Source: Lytechinus pictus (taxonomy: Eukaryota). From it: a DNA stretch of 64,000 bases. A program made the position numbers and the translations under genes. Each line of letters starts with the position of its first letter. Position 1 is the first letter of the stretch. The stretch covers positions 10,604,001-10,668,000 of the forward strand of contig NC_087250.1 in assembly GCF_037042905.1 (NCBI RefSeq). The letters run 5' to 3'. Below, one piece after another: positions 38,677 to 51,736 of the stretch. The notes below the pieces were generated by a model. It was not told the origin of the DNA, made no database searches, and worked only from the letters and a program-made list of their open reading frames with translations.

Positions 38677-39807
38677 GTTTTGTCCATGACTGTTTTCAAT
38701 TCATCATAACTAGTTGTGATATCTTTCTTTATTGCTCAGCTGACGATTACTGATGTGCAATAACCTCAAGGTCTTGTTGGTTAAACATTAAACCGAATGG
38801 ACACAATTTGTACATATGTGACTATAGTATCATTTCTTTATTTATAAGCTCTTGCAAAATATAAAGAATAGCATTATTCAGGAAGTATTAAAGTATGTTG
38901 AAGGTATTAAACCTGTCATGAAATATTGTGTTCCCTTATATTTGTCTGAACAATAATTTATTTTTACTTTCTAAAATAAAAATAAAAAGGAGATACCTAA
39001 AGATACCTTTAGGAGCTATCATCATATCACGCATCGACGTGTGAGTTAGACTTGCATTGTCATAACACTATGGATGAAATTGATTATGTGTCTTCTCTTT
39101 TAATCATACCAGATTTATAAAGTCGGATTCATATATACCTCAGTCACATTTGCTCTACGGCGGTTCGACGTCAGGGCGGCAATAAAAAAATGAGGAAAGA
39201 AAGGGTGACATAGGTCTTGAGGTAACCTTTGAAAGTTTCAAATTCACAAGCCATGGAGAAATGAAACATCTCTATTCAATTAACGACATTTGTACTTATC
39301 ACTGCATGGTTCCATTTTACCAAAAGACATTGTAGATAAAAATGCATATGTATTTCATTGTCGGGTTTATCTGGGGGAACTTGTAGCGTGAGGTGCATCC
39401 GTAAGGTATAGAAAAAAAAATCTTTGCAAAATCATGAAAATGATAATTGTTAATGGAGTATTACCATGACTACCGAAAGTCGCTTCCTCAAACACAGCAC
39501 TTTACGAAAATGGTGCAAGTCATTTTTAAAGGAAACATACCAATTCGATGCAAAAAAAAAAGAATCGAAAAAAAAATGAAGCAATTTCAGTAACAGATCG
39601 CAGTCAGGTGAAATAGAATATGGAATGTTTTACCTAACTTATTGATTTTACTCGCTTGAGATACAAAAAAAGTGATTATAACAATGAATAATACTCAGTA
39701 TGTATTGGAGTGAATCTGAGAGTGGGCGGGAATGACGTTTTCGAGAATCCTGTAAAATTATTTGTGCTACAAACTGAAACTTCAGTTTTGTGGATGTTGT
39801 AATTTAA

Positions 39808-40379
39808 AGGTCAAGTCCACCCCAAATAATTGTTGATTTGAATTCATAGAGAAAAATCAAACAAACATAAAGTTGCAAATTTCATCGAAATCGGATGTAA
39901 AATAAGAAAGTTATGACATTTTTAAGTTTCGCTTATATATTCACAAAACAGTTAAATGCACAACTCAGCGATATACAAATGAAAGAGTCGATGATGTCCA
40001 TCACTCACTTTTTCTTTTGTTTTTTTATTGTTTGAATAATAAAATATTTCAATTTTTACAAATTTGACAATAAGGACCAACTTAACTTAACCATAAACTG
40101 TTAAAATAATGGTAATTCCACATGTTCAGGGAGAAATAAAACTTTGTTTCACTTGACAAGGAGGAGAAAATGAGAGATATAATGAGTGGGTGACGTCATC
40201 AGTCTGTCATTTTGCATACCGACCAGGATGTGCATATAACTGTTTTGTGAAATTAAACGAAACTTTAAAATGTCATAAGTTTCTTATTTTATATCCGATT
40301 TTGATGAAATTTTCAGTGTTTTGCTCATTGTATTTTCTCCTTTTTTCAAATCAACTTTTTGTTGGGGTGGACTTGTCCT
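39808..40379. mobile_element. MITE with TTAA TSD (Kolobok-like)
   Basis: TTAA-AGGTCAAGTCCACCCC...GGGGTGGACTTGTCCT-TTAA; empty TTAA site at ~13593 in copy A. Confidence 0.85.
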
Positions 40380-41939
40380 TTAACGGTATAATATGGATTT
40401 TCCGCAACAGCTAAGCAGATCTGTTCTAATATTCATGGCAGTGTTGTATTCAAGGTCAAGAAAAGAAAGAATCAGAAGAAAGAAACCACAACAAAGAGGA
40501 ATAAAATGAGTGAATATATAGATGCGCATACAAAGAAAAAGAGGAAGAAAAAGAAATCGCGGATGCAGGATGTAACATATATGAGAATCAGAATATCAAA
40601 ATGAAACGTGGGAAGACTGAACGATGTAGAGAGGAATAAGAAGAATAAATATAGAAAAATAGAAAAATGTGGTTTTCTTTAAGTTTGGCCATATAAGTAT
40701 TGATGTCTTGGCAAAAATCGTAAAGAGTGCACTTTGAAGGGAAAAACCAGCACAATAGAGAAAACGAACGAAATATCCCTTGTTCACTCATATAAAAAAA
40801 TCATAAAGAACCAGGAGTGATTTATACATATCTTAAGCTAGATCTGACAATCGCGATGAAAAATGTAAAACCCAATGGAGATGTAGACAAATCAATAGAA
40901 ATGTTAAAAATGGTGTTAAAATTACAACCTAGAGATTGAATATACCACCAAAGAGTGTACATGTAACAACCAAAGGTGTTGCAATAACACCTATGGGTGC
41001 TAAACTAACACTGTCAATTTAACACCGGTGTAAAATCACTGGTGTGGTCCTCTATGTACACCGGTTAACACCGCAGATTTTGCTGTGTATGAGAATCAGA
41101 ATATCAAAATGAAACGTGAGAAGACTGAACGGAATGGGAAAAAAATAAGTATAGAAATATATAAAATATAGTTTCTTTTTAGTTTGGCTATATAAGTATT
41201 GATATTTGGCAAAAATGGTAGAGTGCAATTTCAAGGGGAAAAACCAGTACAAAAGAGAAAATGAACGAAATATTCCTTGTTCACTCATATCAAAATCATA
41301 AAGAACTAAGAGTGATAAATACATATCTTAAGCTAGATCTGACAATGGCGATGAAAAATGTAAAACCCAATGGAGATGTAGACAAATCAATAGAAATCTG
41401 AACGGCAAAGTCCTATTATCAAGAATTTATGTTTCAACAAAATCAATTTGTATTTGCTTGAACAGTTATTCGTCCTCTCAACAAATGGGAAATATTATTG
41501 ATTTTTATTTTCTCAATGCCAACAAACGAAATAAAAATCCAGAAAAGAGTTTTGAGGAAGAAATCGATATCCCGAAGATTAAAATCAAGATTTGGTCAGG
41601 TGTGATAATGCTATTCACTGAATCTGGGCTTTATTCTCCGTTTGAAATTTGTGACACTAGCCCCGTTCAGACTTGCGGGTGTTTGACAAAGATTTTGCTT
41701 ACATGCCGACTTGCACTACTCCGACATTTCCTACGACCGACTGGGCTTCTCCAACCAAATTAGCTTACGTCTAGGTCTTGATAATAAAAATGTATTTGGA
41801 ATTTTAATCAATGCAAAAGAAAATTTTTATCCGAGGAATAATCCGCGTATGAACGAGGCTACTGTAATAAAATTATTTCTTTGGTAAATACCTCTGGTCT
41901 CGTTCACGAGTGGCTCCACGAGGCAGGGGGGGGGGGGGA

Positions 41940-42195
41940 GGGGAAGGGATAGCGACTGCCCTCTATGATTCTTCAAGTAATGATAAAGGGTAAATGGGGA
42001 GGGGGGAGTTGTGTGTTTCCCTTTTCGGAGGGGGGGGGGGGGTGGCGAGTGCCCTCTATGATTATTCAAGTAATGATAAAGGGTAAATGGGGGGGGGGGG
42101 GGGAGTTGTGTGTTTCCCTTTTCGGAGGGGGGGGGGGGTGGCGAGTGCCCTCTATGATTATTCAAGTAATGATAAAGGGTAAATTGGGGGGATGA
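41940..42195. repeat. ~95-bp G-rich tandem repeat (about 2.5-3 units; single unit in copy A)
   Basis: GCGA(C/G)TGCCCTCTATGATT..CAAGTAATGATAAAGGGTAAA-Gn at 41952, 42045 and 42141. Confidence 0.85.
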
Positions 42196-42242
42196 GTGTT
42201 TTCCTTTTCTGTTTTCACATTTAATGTATTATGAAAACATCT

Positions 42243-42590
42243 ATTATTATTATTATTATTATTTGTTTGGCGTCACCTGTGCCTGGGAGGCGAAAAGCGA
42301 ACTGAATCACTATGACCCGCAGGTCTCTCCTCCCGATATAACTGATTGGGGGAATGCAGGTGGACCACTACACCGGGGTTTCCCCCTACTCTTATACGAA
42401 TAGTGCAGTGGGTTCTTAACGTGCAAAGGTGATGACTCTCCTTTACACGGGGCCTACATTTAACGCGTCCTATCCGAGGGACGGAGTGTTTTCCATTGTA
42501 ATATAGCCTGCTTCTATGAAACATGGGAGAGACGTTTACACACAACGCACTGACTTCAGTCATCCGCCCGGGTGGACTCGAACCCACGAT
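42243..42590 (-). mobile_element. 5'-truncated SINE with V-domain-like core, specific to copy B
   Basis: Minus strand starts at a B box GGTTCGAGTCC; core TCGGATAGGACGCGTTAAA...AAGAGTAGGGGAAACCCCGGTGT; (AAT)n tail; absent at ~15425. Confidence 0.7.
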
Positions 42591-42827
42591 CTTTTTTACA
42601 ATCTTATCAAAAGGGGACTGCAATCGGCAAGTCTAGCAGTTAAGCAGCCTCCTCGCCCAACCTGCCTATTGTACTTCATAAACTAATTTAATTTTTTGAT
42701 TAAGCTTAATGTTTTACAGCGCACAATTAATATCATACGTCACTTGAATTGTATTTATTTGTTGGATATGGAAACGAAATTAAACGTACTGAATGAAAAA
42801 AGGGGGAAAATAAATATATAGAGTATA

Positions 42828-43777
42828 CAGCGCGTCCCAAAAAAATGTCCCTCTTATATGGGGCTAAATTACTTCAAAAAATAAAAATTATTCTCAATGA
42901 AATGTATTTAACTAGGAAGCTCATCTCATGTTCTAACTTCTATACATATTTCATTGGTTTCGCTTCAGTGGTTTTGAATACACAGTCTATTATGTAAAAG
43001 TGGTGCTTTTCAGCCCATTCCAAGTTTGCATGCATGCAGCACTACTGTGTGTTCTACACTTTCTAGCATATCAACCCCCCTTTGACCATTCTGACCAAGG
43101 AATTCCTTGATCTGACCAGGGAAATCTCCATGATCTAACCAGGCTCATCAAATCACAACTTTGAGCATGTTTAGAAGGGCAAAAACAATATTTGACAGCT
43201 CATTTCATGTTTGAAAATGGGAGATGCACAATGATTAAGACAACGGCTCATGTCTGTTTCATGCCTAATTCATGCCTAATACTGCATTTTTTTTATTAAT
43301 GTTTTTTTTTAGTTAATAAGCTACTGTGGTATTTTTCTCTGGTAAAGTTCCTTTTTCGCAAAGGGTGTTTAACTTGCGGATTCCCCTTTATTTTTGAGCT
43401 TATTTTACTCATCCATCATTCACATTTTTTTTTGAAATATTTCTTGCCCTTCTGAACATGCCTAAGTTTATAATTTGATGAGCCTGGATATGATTAGGGA
43501 AATGTCCCTGCTCAGATCCTGGATGTAAAAATGGGGGTTAACATGCCATAGACAATGCAGATATGCATCAATGCTGCAAACTTGGAATGGGCTAAAATGC
43601 ACCACTGTTACGTAACAGAGTGTGTGTTCAAAACCGCTGAAGCGAGACCAATGAAATTTTCATAGAAGTTAGATCATGAAATGAGCTTTCTACTCATGAA
43701 CATTTATTTGAGAATACTACCACATTTTAGAATTAATTAAGTCCTATGTCAGAGGGACATTTTTTTGGGACGCGCTG
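42828..43777. mobile_element. Tc1/mariner-type MITE
   Basis: TA-CAGCGCGTCCCAAAAAAATGTCCC...GGGACATTTTTTTGGGACGCGCTG-TA; empty TA site at ~15666. Confidence 0.9.
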
Positions 43778-43897
43778 TAGAGGTTTTGACTGCATGTGTA
43801 TCTCGATAGTAGGAAAAAAACGTAGGTCATCTTCAGCTCATCTCCAGTCCCCAATTTAAACACCCTGTATATATACATGTATATATATAATTATATA

Positions 43898-45402
43898 CAG
43901 TGCGTCCAAGAAAAAAACGAAACCGAGATTTATCGATGATTTATCATAACTTAATCACAAATACAATAGACAAGTGACCTACCATTGTAAAGCTTAGAAT
44001 CTTCTCTTTCATCTGAAATTATTTAGATTATTCCTCATTCTCGCATGAGTGAGCAAGAACAATTTGAAGAAAGGATACAAAAACTCATTTGGCGGGGGTA
44101 TCTGAATTTCAAAAAGAAAATCACATTACTAAAAGTTCAATATCTGCTCTTTTATTTGATACCTTAATCACAGAAAATGGTCAAGAAGTAAAAAAGTTCT
44201 GTTCCCTCGAAACAATGCTTGTATTTCCATAATTTCATGAAATAATCGTGTTTTCACCGGTTTCCCACAGAAGCTATCGCACGCTTAAAGGCCCCTCACA
44301 CCTAACCGAATTGCCGTAAATATGCGTTGCGATGGCTGGCGAAAGGCATTTTTAAAGAAATCGCTTTCAATGGTAACTGATGGTAAATCATATTTACCCA
44401 TCGTGTTTGGGTTCGTAACCTTCTGCAATTATTCAAATTCGCGTGGAAATTTTGAACATGTTTAGAATTTCCTGACGAAATGAGAAATCGTTGGTCATCT
44501 GTTTGAATTCGCATCTCTTATTTAGTCTCCGGTAATCGTTAGTTTATCGTTCGTGTTTTATTGTCGCGCATAGTCCCTCACCGGGCCTTTGCCGAAGTGG
44601 ACCGATCTCGAAAGAACCCGTAACGAAGCAACACGATGACACAACGAACAAGATTGCCCGATCTATTCCCTCGTCTTCGTTTCTAATCGCACGCTATATC
44701 AAACCATTGCTCACTGTTCGTTCGTCTTATTGGGTTATATCAATCATTCGCTCGCCTTCGGCCGCAATTTTCTTAAAGAGGTGAGGCGAAAAATCGATAT
44801 CCTTCGCATGTCATATTTATCCTTAGCTTACCGTTTGTTGATAAAATTTGACAATAGTTGCTGATCGTTTGATTTGACTGAAATTTTATTTGAATTCGTT
44901 GAATTCGCGAGCATTTCGTTCATTTTTCCCATTCGTCACCCTTCGTCCGCCTACATTCGGTCAGGTGTGAGGGGGCTTTAACAAAAGACTTAATGCTTGG
45001 CTAATCGTCAACAAAACGGAGTGTCGAGTGACTCGGAACGCTAGCCTGTAAAACCTCTTCATTTTATGAAATTATTGAAATTCAAGTTTTATTTCAAATA
45101 AGCAGAACTTTGTTATTTCTTGACCATTTTCTGTAATTGAGGTATCAAATTAAATAACATATATTGAATTTTTTTAAAATGTAGTTTTCTTTTTGAAACC
45201 CTGATACAGCCCGCCAAGTGACTTTAAGTATCCCCTCTTCAAATTAATTTTGCTCACTCATGCGTGAATAAGAAATAATTAAGAAATTCAGATGATAAAG
45301 GAGATTCTAAGCTTTACAATGGTAGGTCACTTGTCTATTGTATTTGTGATTAAGTTATGATAAATCATCGATAAATCTCGGTTTCGTTTTTCCTGGGAAG
45401 CA

Positions 45403-45405
<3 letters not shown>
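43898..45405. mobile_element. Tc1/mariner-type long-TIR MITE (family of 18591-19410) with a nested insert
   Basis: TA-CAGTGCGTCC...GGGAAGCACTG-TA. Confidence 0.88.
44289..44978. mobile_element. PIF/Harbinger-like MITE
   Basis: TIR GCCCCTCACACCT(A/G)ACCGAAT; TAA TSD; absent from the 18591 copy. Confidence 0.8.
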
Positions 45406-45470
<65 letters not shown>

Positions 45471-45474
45471 TTAT

Positions 45475-45515
<41 letters not shown>

Positions 45516-45554
45516 AACACACACACATATATATATGATATATATATATATATA

Positions 45555-46058
45555 TTCGGCATCACCAATTTTTCCAAAAAGGGTAGATAGCTCTGGGGAA
45601 CCTTGATTTAAGCTACGCCTACCATTGTTCTCTTCATCCATTTCTTTCACACAATATTTAAATAAAAGAGTTGCCAAAGCTGTAGTACATGTATAACTTC
45701 ACACATTTGTATACTTTCTCCCATACGTACTGCATCAAAGCAATAGCTTTGATCCAGCTGAGGCATGGCGGCTTGTCATTGTTCAAAACCCACCTTCACC
45801 CGACAAAGGAAATTACAATTGGTATGGTGTCGAAAATCTGTCTATCTGACGGTCAATCGGATCGGGGTCGCCCTAGCCACTAACCCGTCTCTGTGGTCTA
45901 GTGGTTAAGGCACCGGCGTTCAAAGCTGGGGGCCCGGGTTCGATTCCCGGCAGAGACATTTTTTCGGCATCACCAATTTTTCCAAAAAGGGTAGATAGCT
46001 CTGGGGAACCTTGATTTAAGCTACGCCTACCATTGTTCTCTTCATCCATTTCTATCAC

Positions 46059-46064
<6 letters not shown>
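45555..46064 (+). repeat. About 1.25 head-to-tail copies of a 408-bp unit containing a tRNA-like gene
   Basis: 45555-45656 repeated at 45963-46064 (period 408); flanked by (TA)n. Confidence 0.9.
45887..45958 (+). tRNA. tRNA-like cloverleaf with TCA anticodon (possible opal suppressor, or repeat-borne pseudo-tRNA)
   Basis: Acceptor GTCTCTG/CAGAGAC (7 bp), D stem GTCT/AGGC, anticodon stem CCGGC/GCTGG with loop GTTCAAA, 4-nt variable loop, T stem CCGGG/CCCGG with TTCGATT loop; T6 follows at 45959-45964. Confidence 0.6.
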
Positions 46065-46100
<36 letters not shown>

Positions 46101-46123
<23 letters not shown>

Positions 46124-49100
46124 TCCCTTATTTCACGAAGTGACGGATGAGCGCGCAACTTTTAAAAAGTTAGTTTTGAGTAAATCGCGTTCAAAGGTTT
46201 AGACCTCAATCTCAACGTCTTCTACGTATGCAGGGTGAATAAATGTCATATCTTCGTATTGGGCATATTCTGGACAATATTCAAGTCCAATCATTTGCAT
46301 TTTACTTAAATATTTAAGAAGATAATGAGCTGTAAGCAGAACCATATTTTCGTGAAAAAAATATATTACGGTACGCGCTTAGATTTATTTTCACGAAGTG
46401 ACGGATAGTGCTCCGCGCGCATAACCGTCACTTCGTGAAAATCCGAAATTCAAGGACGCGCTTCAATTTTGTTTTTACGAAGTGACGGGAAGAAGCTTCG
46501 CCTTAGTCCCACGTATAGCCTTGTCGATGCAATTCGATAAATAGGGTCTAGATATACATAATTTCTTTATTTGCTATTGTAAGAAAAATCAATTCCAAAT
46601 GTCAGATCAATTAGGCCTACATTTACTTCTTTTAATAAAAAAAATCACTTTAAATACTTTGATTTCATTTTTCAAGTAATAACAGGAAGACCAATTAACA
46701 CACGTGTTATACTTATGCCTATTTCATTTCAATATTATCTTCATTTTTGAGAGATGAACTCTGATATAAGGAAAATTCCTAACAGGATATTAATAAAATG
46801 ACTACAAGAGATACAACACATTTCGTCTTTGTAATTCTATGTTTGAGAAAGGACTATTAAGCACTGACTCCGTTGGAGTAGATAATGCGACATTACAAAT
46901 ATTTGTCAGTTTACTAACCTCCCTACCCCCCTGAAAATATGAAATCCCAATGTAGTTTTTCTTAAATGTTGTTTATAATGTTAAAGGTATTCTCTGTTAA
47001 GGCCGAGTTAGCTATTCAAAATTATTCTTTGAGACTTAATTACCTCGAAAATGGTACAAAACTAAATGTGGAACTAACTTGTCAAAACGGCAACAAGAAT
47101 TGGTAAATTATGACTGATTGTCACCCCCCCCCAACAACAAAAAATGAGAAGAATAAGAATTTGTCAAAATAAAGCGAGCAAATTTCGAGTACAACCACTC
47201 TTGCTCCCTTTCTTTCTCTCTCTACTCAAGTTTTCCCTTATCAAAATAGTCATGTATTCTCTCCTGAACATCATATTAAAATACCTTTATCATGCAAAAT
47301 AAGAGTTATGACTTGTCATAAATCATTGAAAATACTAACTATATAAAATAAATTCCACAAAGTTAGCAATGTAAATAAATTTAGAAGAACTCTTTTAATT
47401 TTATAACATATGAAACCATAGCAGCAAGTGACAAATAGACAAGTAAAATATATTTTTTTTTCATGTCAATCATTATGATAATGGTTATGCTTAATAAATT
47501 CATTAAAATATCGATTCCATACAATGTTAACAATGGAAATATATTTTTAATTCAATAATATATCAGACCATAATCGCTAGTGACAAACACAACGACATTC
47601 ATAATTATTATAATGAATCTAATATTGCACTGTGAAATGCATAAGAAGTGAATTATCAGGTACACATTGACAGAATTTTGTCATTTTATATGCTTAACAC
47701 AATTAGCAATCCTAGTCTGTGAATGCCACATTTTGAAATACAGAATTGCTAACTAGTACCAAATTCAATAAGTTACTCTACATTCAAAACATTCCAATGT
47801 CAAATGAATAAATTTTCCATCACAAGAATACTGGAATATAATCAATGCTAGTGGTGCAGGAAAGTTGTATTCTCTATGTCTATTTGTATTGACATACACA
47901 TATTCAAGTAAAATGGTATATTTCTTTTCCATCAAAATAGAAGTAACATAATCACTATTACTTATTACATTCACTGCACTTTTTTTTAAGAATGTCATAA
48001 TTAAATCCTTCGACACAGTTGCCTTGAGAGTTATTTCATCTTTTTACACACTGTCAAGTACTAAAAAGTCTACCAAAGGAAACATGTAAACCTTTGAATA
48101 AACAAGTATCAACTAATGAAACTCAAACATGGAAATATAATTTTAAATCAATTATTTAACTTCATATCAAACAGGATCATTTATTAACAAATTTATAATC
48201 AAAATCCCGAACGACAGCGTCAAAAGCAACAAAAAAATGCAGTAATAAAAATACGAATGACTAAGTAGATTTGTATTTTTTCCATCATTCTCAAGTTATT
48301 GGCTAAATACACTCATCAATACATTTTCCAATCAAACACTTGTTTTTTTAATAGCAAATTATGGCCCGAGTCCAAAAACAGAAAGATACAGTAAAATACA
48401 CCTTAGTTCCAACTCTGAAAACTTTACAATAAATTGTCACGATTTTAGCAAGTAACATCTTTGAATTAGTGGGATCATGTAGAAATGAGTTAAATTCTTA
48501 CTACAAATATACAGAAAAAACATGTGCTGCAATCTATCTTTAACCTCAAGCTAATGTAAAATGTCTGCTAAAAATAATCATGTATTATTTCTTTCCTGAA
48601 TATCATTCATTAGAAAATTTTAGAATAAAATGATGACACATCAACTGTAAAACTGCATAAACCAGGTGTGAATAAAAGATAAAGAGCTGAAAATGCTGAA
48701 GAGTTTTAGGGGATGAAATTGAATGAGCTCTCAAACTATTGTACACAAAAAGGGATATCAAGCTGAAAATAAAAAACAAAAATAGCAGAAATCAGCTTAA
48801 GAATTCTCACACCCCTGATAGACCAAAAAAAATTACCTCATGGAAGGGGGGGGGGGTCTGTATTAACACATCTGGCTTTTGAAAATGAATTCATGAAAAC
48901 TTAATATGATTTTCACCCTTACTAGTAATATATCCTGTAACAATCGAGTTTCACAATGCATGTCAGTCTAAATTGTATGGTTATGTTATTATAAGAAAGT
49001 ATGAAGTATTAATACAATACATTTAAGAACAATAAAGATAGTAACATTCTGTTTTACAAAAATGTAGACATATGCAGGATTTTTTTTTTTAGATGGCACC

Positions 49101-51540
49101 AAGCAAAATGAAAACATGCCAAACAAAATGAATAAAGAAGGGTAATTCTTCTGCATCCATATGCGGACGATGTGTATTTATAAGCAATTTAAACATGTGG
49201 TAAGGATAGCAGATAAATGACTATTCTGAACTTTATATTTGACTGTATATATAAAACATATTTGAAGGAGTTCATAATTATATCACTGTAAGAGCACAGA
49301 CTAGTTCAAGCAACATGGTTTCTTTATATAATACACTGCTCTAAAACTAAACTTATGTTGAAGTCAAAATCACAAGAAAGTTAAAACTGGCATCAGTTAC
49401 CCAGCTGGAAACTAAAGAAAAAGTTAAGTGAGAGCCTTAAAAGGCCATGAGGCAGAGCCAATTCCTTCATACTTTTCACAAGTGTAGACAGAGTTTCATC
49501 ATCAGAATCGCAGTCAGAGTTCTCAGAAGATGTTTCTAGTTTGGTTACTTCAACAATTCCAAACCAGGGCACACTGTTAAAATCCAGTCACTACCAATTC
49601 AACTGTCATGTCACCAAATCAGATCACATCTGCGGTGCTCAGGGAATTATCAATGACCCACCTGACAAGCATGTTGGCTCCTGGATCCAACCTAAGTATG
49701 TAGAATGAAATAATATACAAATCAACTGTTTGTTTTCAAAGTTTTTTGTCAATCCAATATCGAATTTGTAGAATTGATAGCAGACTCAATATTTTAAATT
49801 GCCCTTTCCAAACAAAACCTGCCCAGTCAGTATGGTACTACAAGATTATTAAGAATATATTTTATATACTCTATTTACCACTGATATTTACAGCAAATAT
49901 TCCAATTAAATGTTTCCAATTTATAACAAAGTTTCAGCTGAAAATATGATTACATGTCAAATTTCAATGCTCTAGGGCAGTACACAATGCACTTGTCAAA
50001 ATGGAAATAATGTTCTTTTACAACTTAGAAATACACTTGTATCTGCTAAATGCTAACATATTCCCAAATTAATATTTTCTGGTTATTATAACTTTGAGTC
50101 AATATATTTTTATAACTACATTATTTACTAGATTTGCAATTGAAATTAATTTTGGTAATGAGTGCAAATGAATGGATGGCTGATACTGACAGGATGTCAT
50201 GTTGGATTATAACACTATGAAAATTCTCACCTTGAATTGTATTGTTAAATAGCGAGTGTACTGGTTCCAGGACTTCTCTCATTTGTTCTCTGAAACATTG
50301 CTTACTGTATATACTGCATCTGAAAAGAAATGAAAATATCTTCATCATGATTATGATCAGAACCGAGGTGCAGTTTATTTATGTAGATTCTTTCATTTTC
50401 TGTAAAATGTCATAGAGATAAGGGCGAGGGAGTGGCCAACAAACAACAAATTATAAAGCTCTATCTACATTAGATGTAGACTGACTCTTGACTCGAGATG
50501 ATTTATTTAAAACAGAAATCTCCAGTAATCCTCATTTTAACTAAGGACTCAACTTATTTGCACAAATGGGTTGGCCACTAACTTAACTGAATTAATTCAT
50601 GATCTCAGCATTCTCACTGTCATTTATAGAAATCCCCCCCATCCCCTGGGGAGGGGGGTATCTTTCCATTACATATGTTTGAAAGTACTACTGAATTTAG
50701 ATGATGAGTTAACTAACACTACAGTAAAGAAGACAATATAATCTATGTATTTATTTCAGATTTTTTTGGTGGAAATTTATTGCAAATACTAGGCACTTGT
50801 GAAGACAAGTTAGAACATAACGAGTTAACATTGGACTCTTTTGGAGTCCAATGGCAATGCAATTCGTGTAAATTAATCTAGATCTAGGCCCAAAATAATG
50901 CCCCTGTAGATTTTTTAACCAAATCCTCAGCCTTCATTAAATCTATTTAGTCTTGATTAATGTTGGGAAAATATTCTTACCCTTTTAGTTTGACTAAACT
51001 TAACATTCAAGTTGAATTGAGGACAAAAAAATGACACGCAATACTCCATTCAATTTTCACTGACACGAAAATGAATATGTGGGGCAATGTATGGAAAGAT
51101 TGGACGTTAATTTAAGGATTTTTGCGATCAGAGACGTTTAAAAGGGTTGAAATTACTCGAAATGACTTAAAGAGCTGCATTAAATTTATTTCCTTTCCTA
51201 CATTTACAAAAAAACTCACCATTTCATGGTCTTCGGCTGTTCCAGACTGTAAAAATTTGCCTTCCGTCACTTCGTGAAAAAACTCTTGAGTGATGAAGCG
51301 TATTCGTTTATTTTCACGAATTGACGGCTGCTTATCCGTCACTTCGTAAAAACAAGAAATCCTTAATCTGGGTATTTTCGTGTGTGCACTGTTGTCATAG
51401 CAACGTAATTAGAAATTTTTGTGATCTGAAACTTGTTGAGGTTCGAGATATGAATTAAAGATCTCCAAAAATGCAAAAAACTCAAAATTGAAAAAAATGC
51501 GATTTTTCTCGTATCCGTCACTTCGTGAAAACAGGGACGA
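46101..51540. mobile_element. 5.4-kb TIR element inserted in (TA)n, superfamily unassigned, no intact ORF
   Basis: TIR TCGTCCCT(TA/GT)TTTCACGAAGTGACGGAT; subterminal TTTCACGAAGTGACGG repeats in both orientations; absent from copy A. Confidence 0.85.
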
Positions 51541-51583
51541 TATATATATATATATATATATAATATATATATCTATATATATA

Positions 51584-51736
51584 TCCGACAAAGGAAATCA
51601 TAATCGGTATAGTGTCGAAAATCTGTCTTTCTGACGGTCAATCGGATCGGGGTCGCCCTAGCCACTAACCCGTCCCTGTGGTGTAGTGGTTAAGGCACCG
51701 GCGCTCAAAGCTGGGGGGGGGGGGGGCGGGTTCGAT
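51584..51736 (+). repeat. Truncated tRNA-like unit inside (TA)n (paralogous to 16316-16443)
   Basis: Upstream flank plus GTCCCTGTGGTGTAGTGGTTAAGGCACCGGCGCTCAAAGCT-Gn-CGGGTTCGAT. Confidence 0.85.

Noticed and set aside
45887..45958. tRNA-Sec gene
   Set aside because: TCA anticodon, but only 72 nt with a 4-nt variable loop and 7/5 acceptor/T geometry; lacks the long variable arm and 9/4 structure
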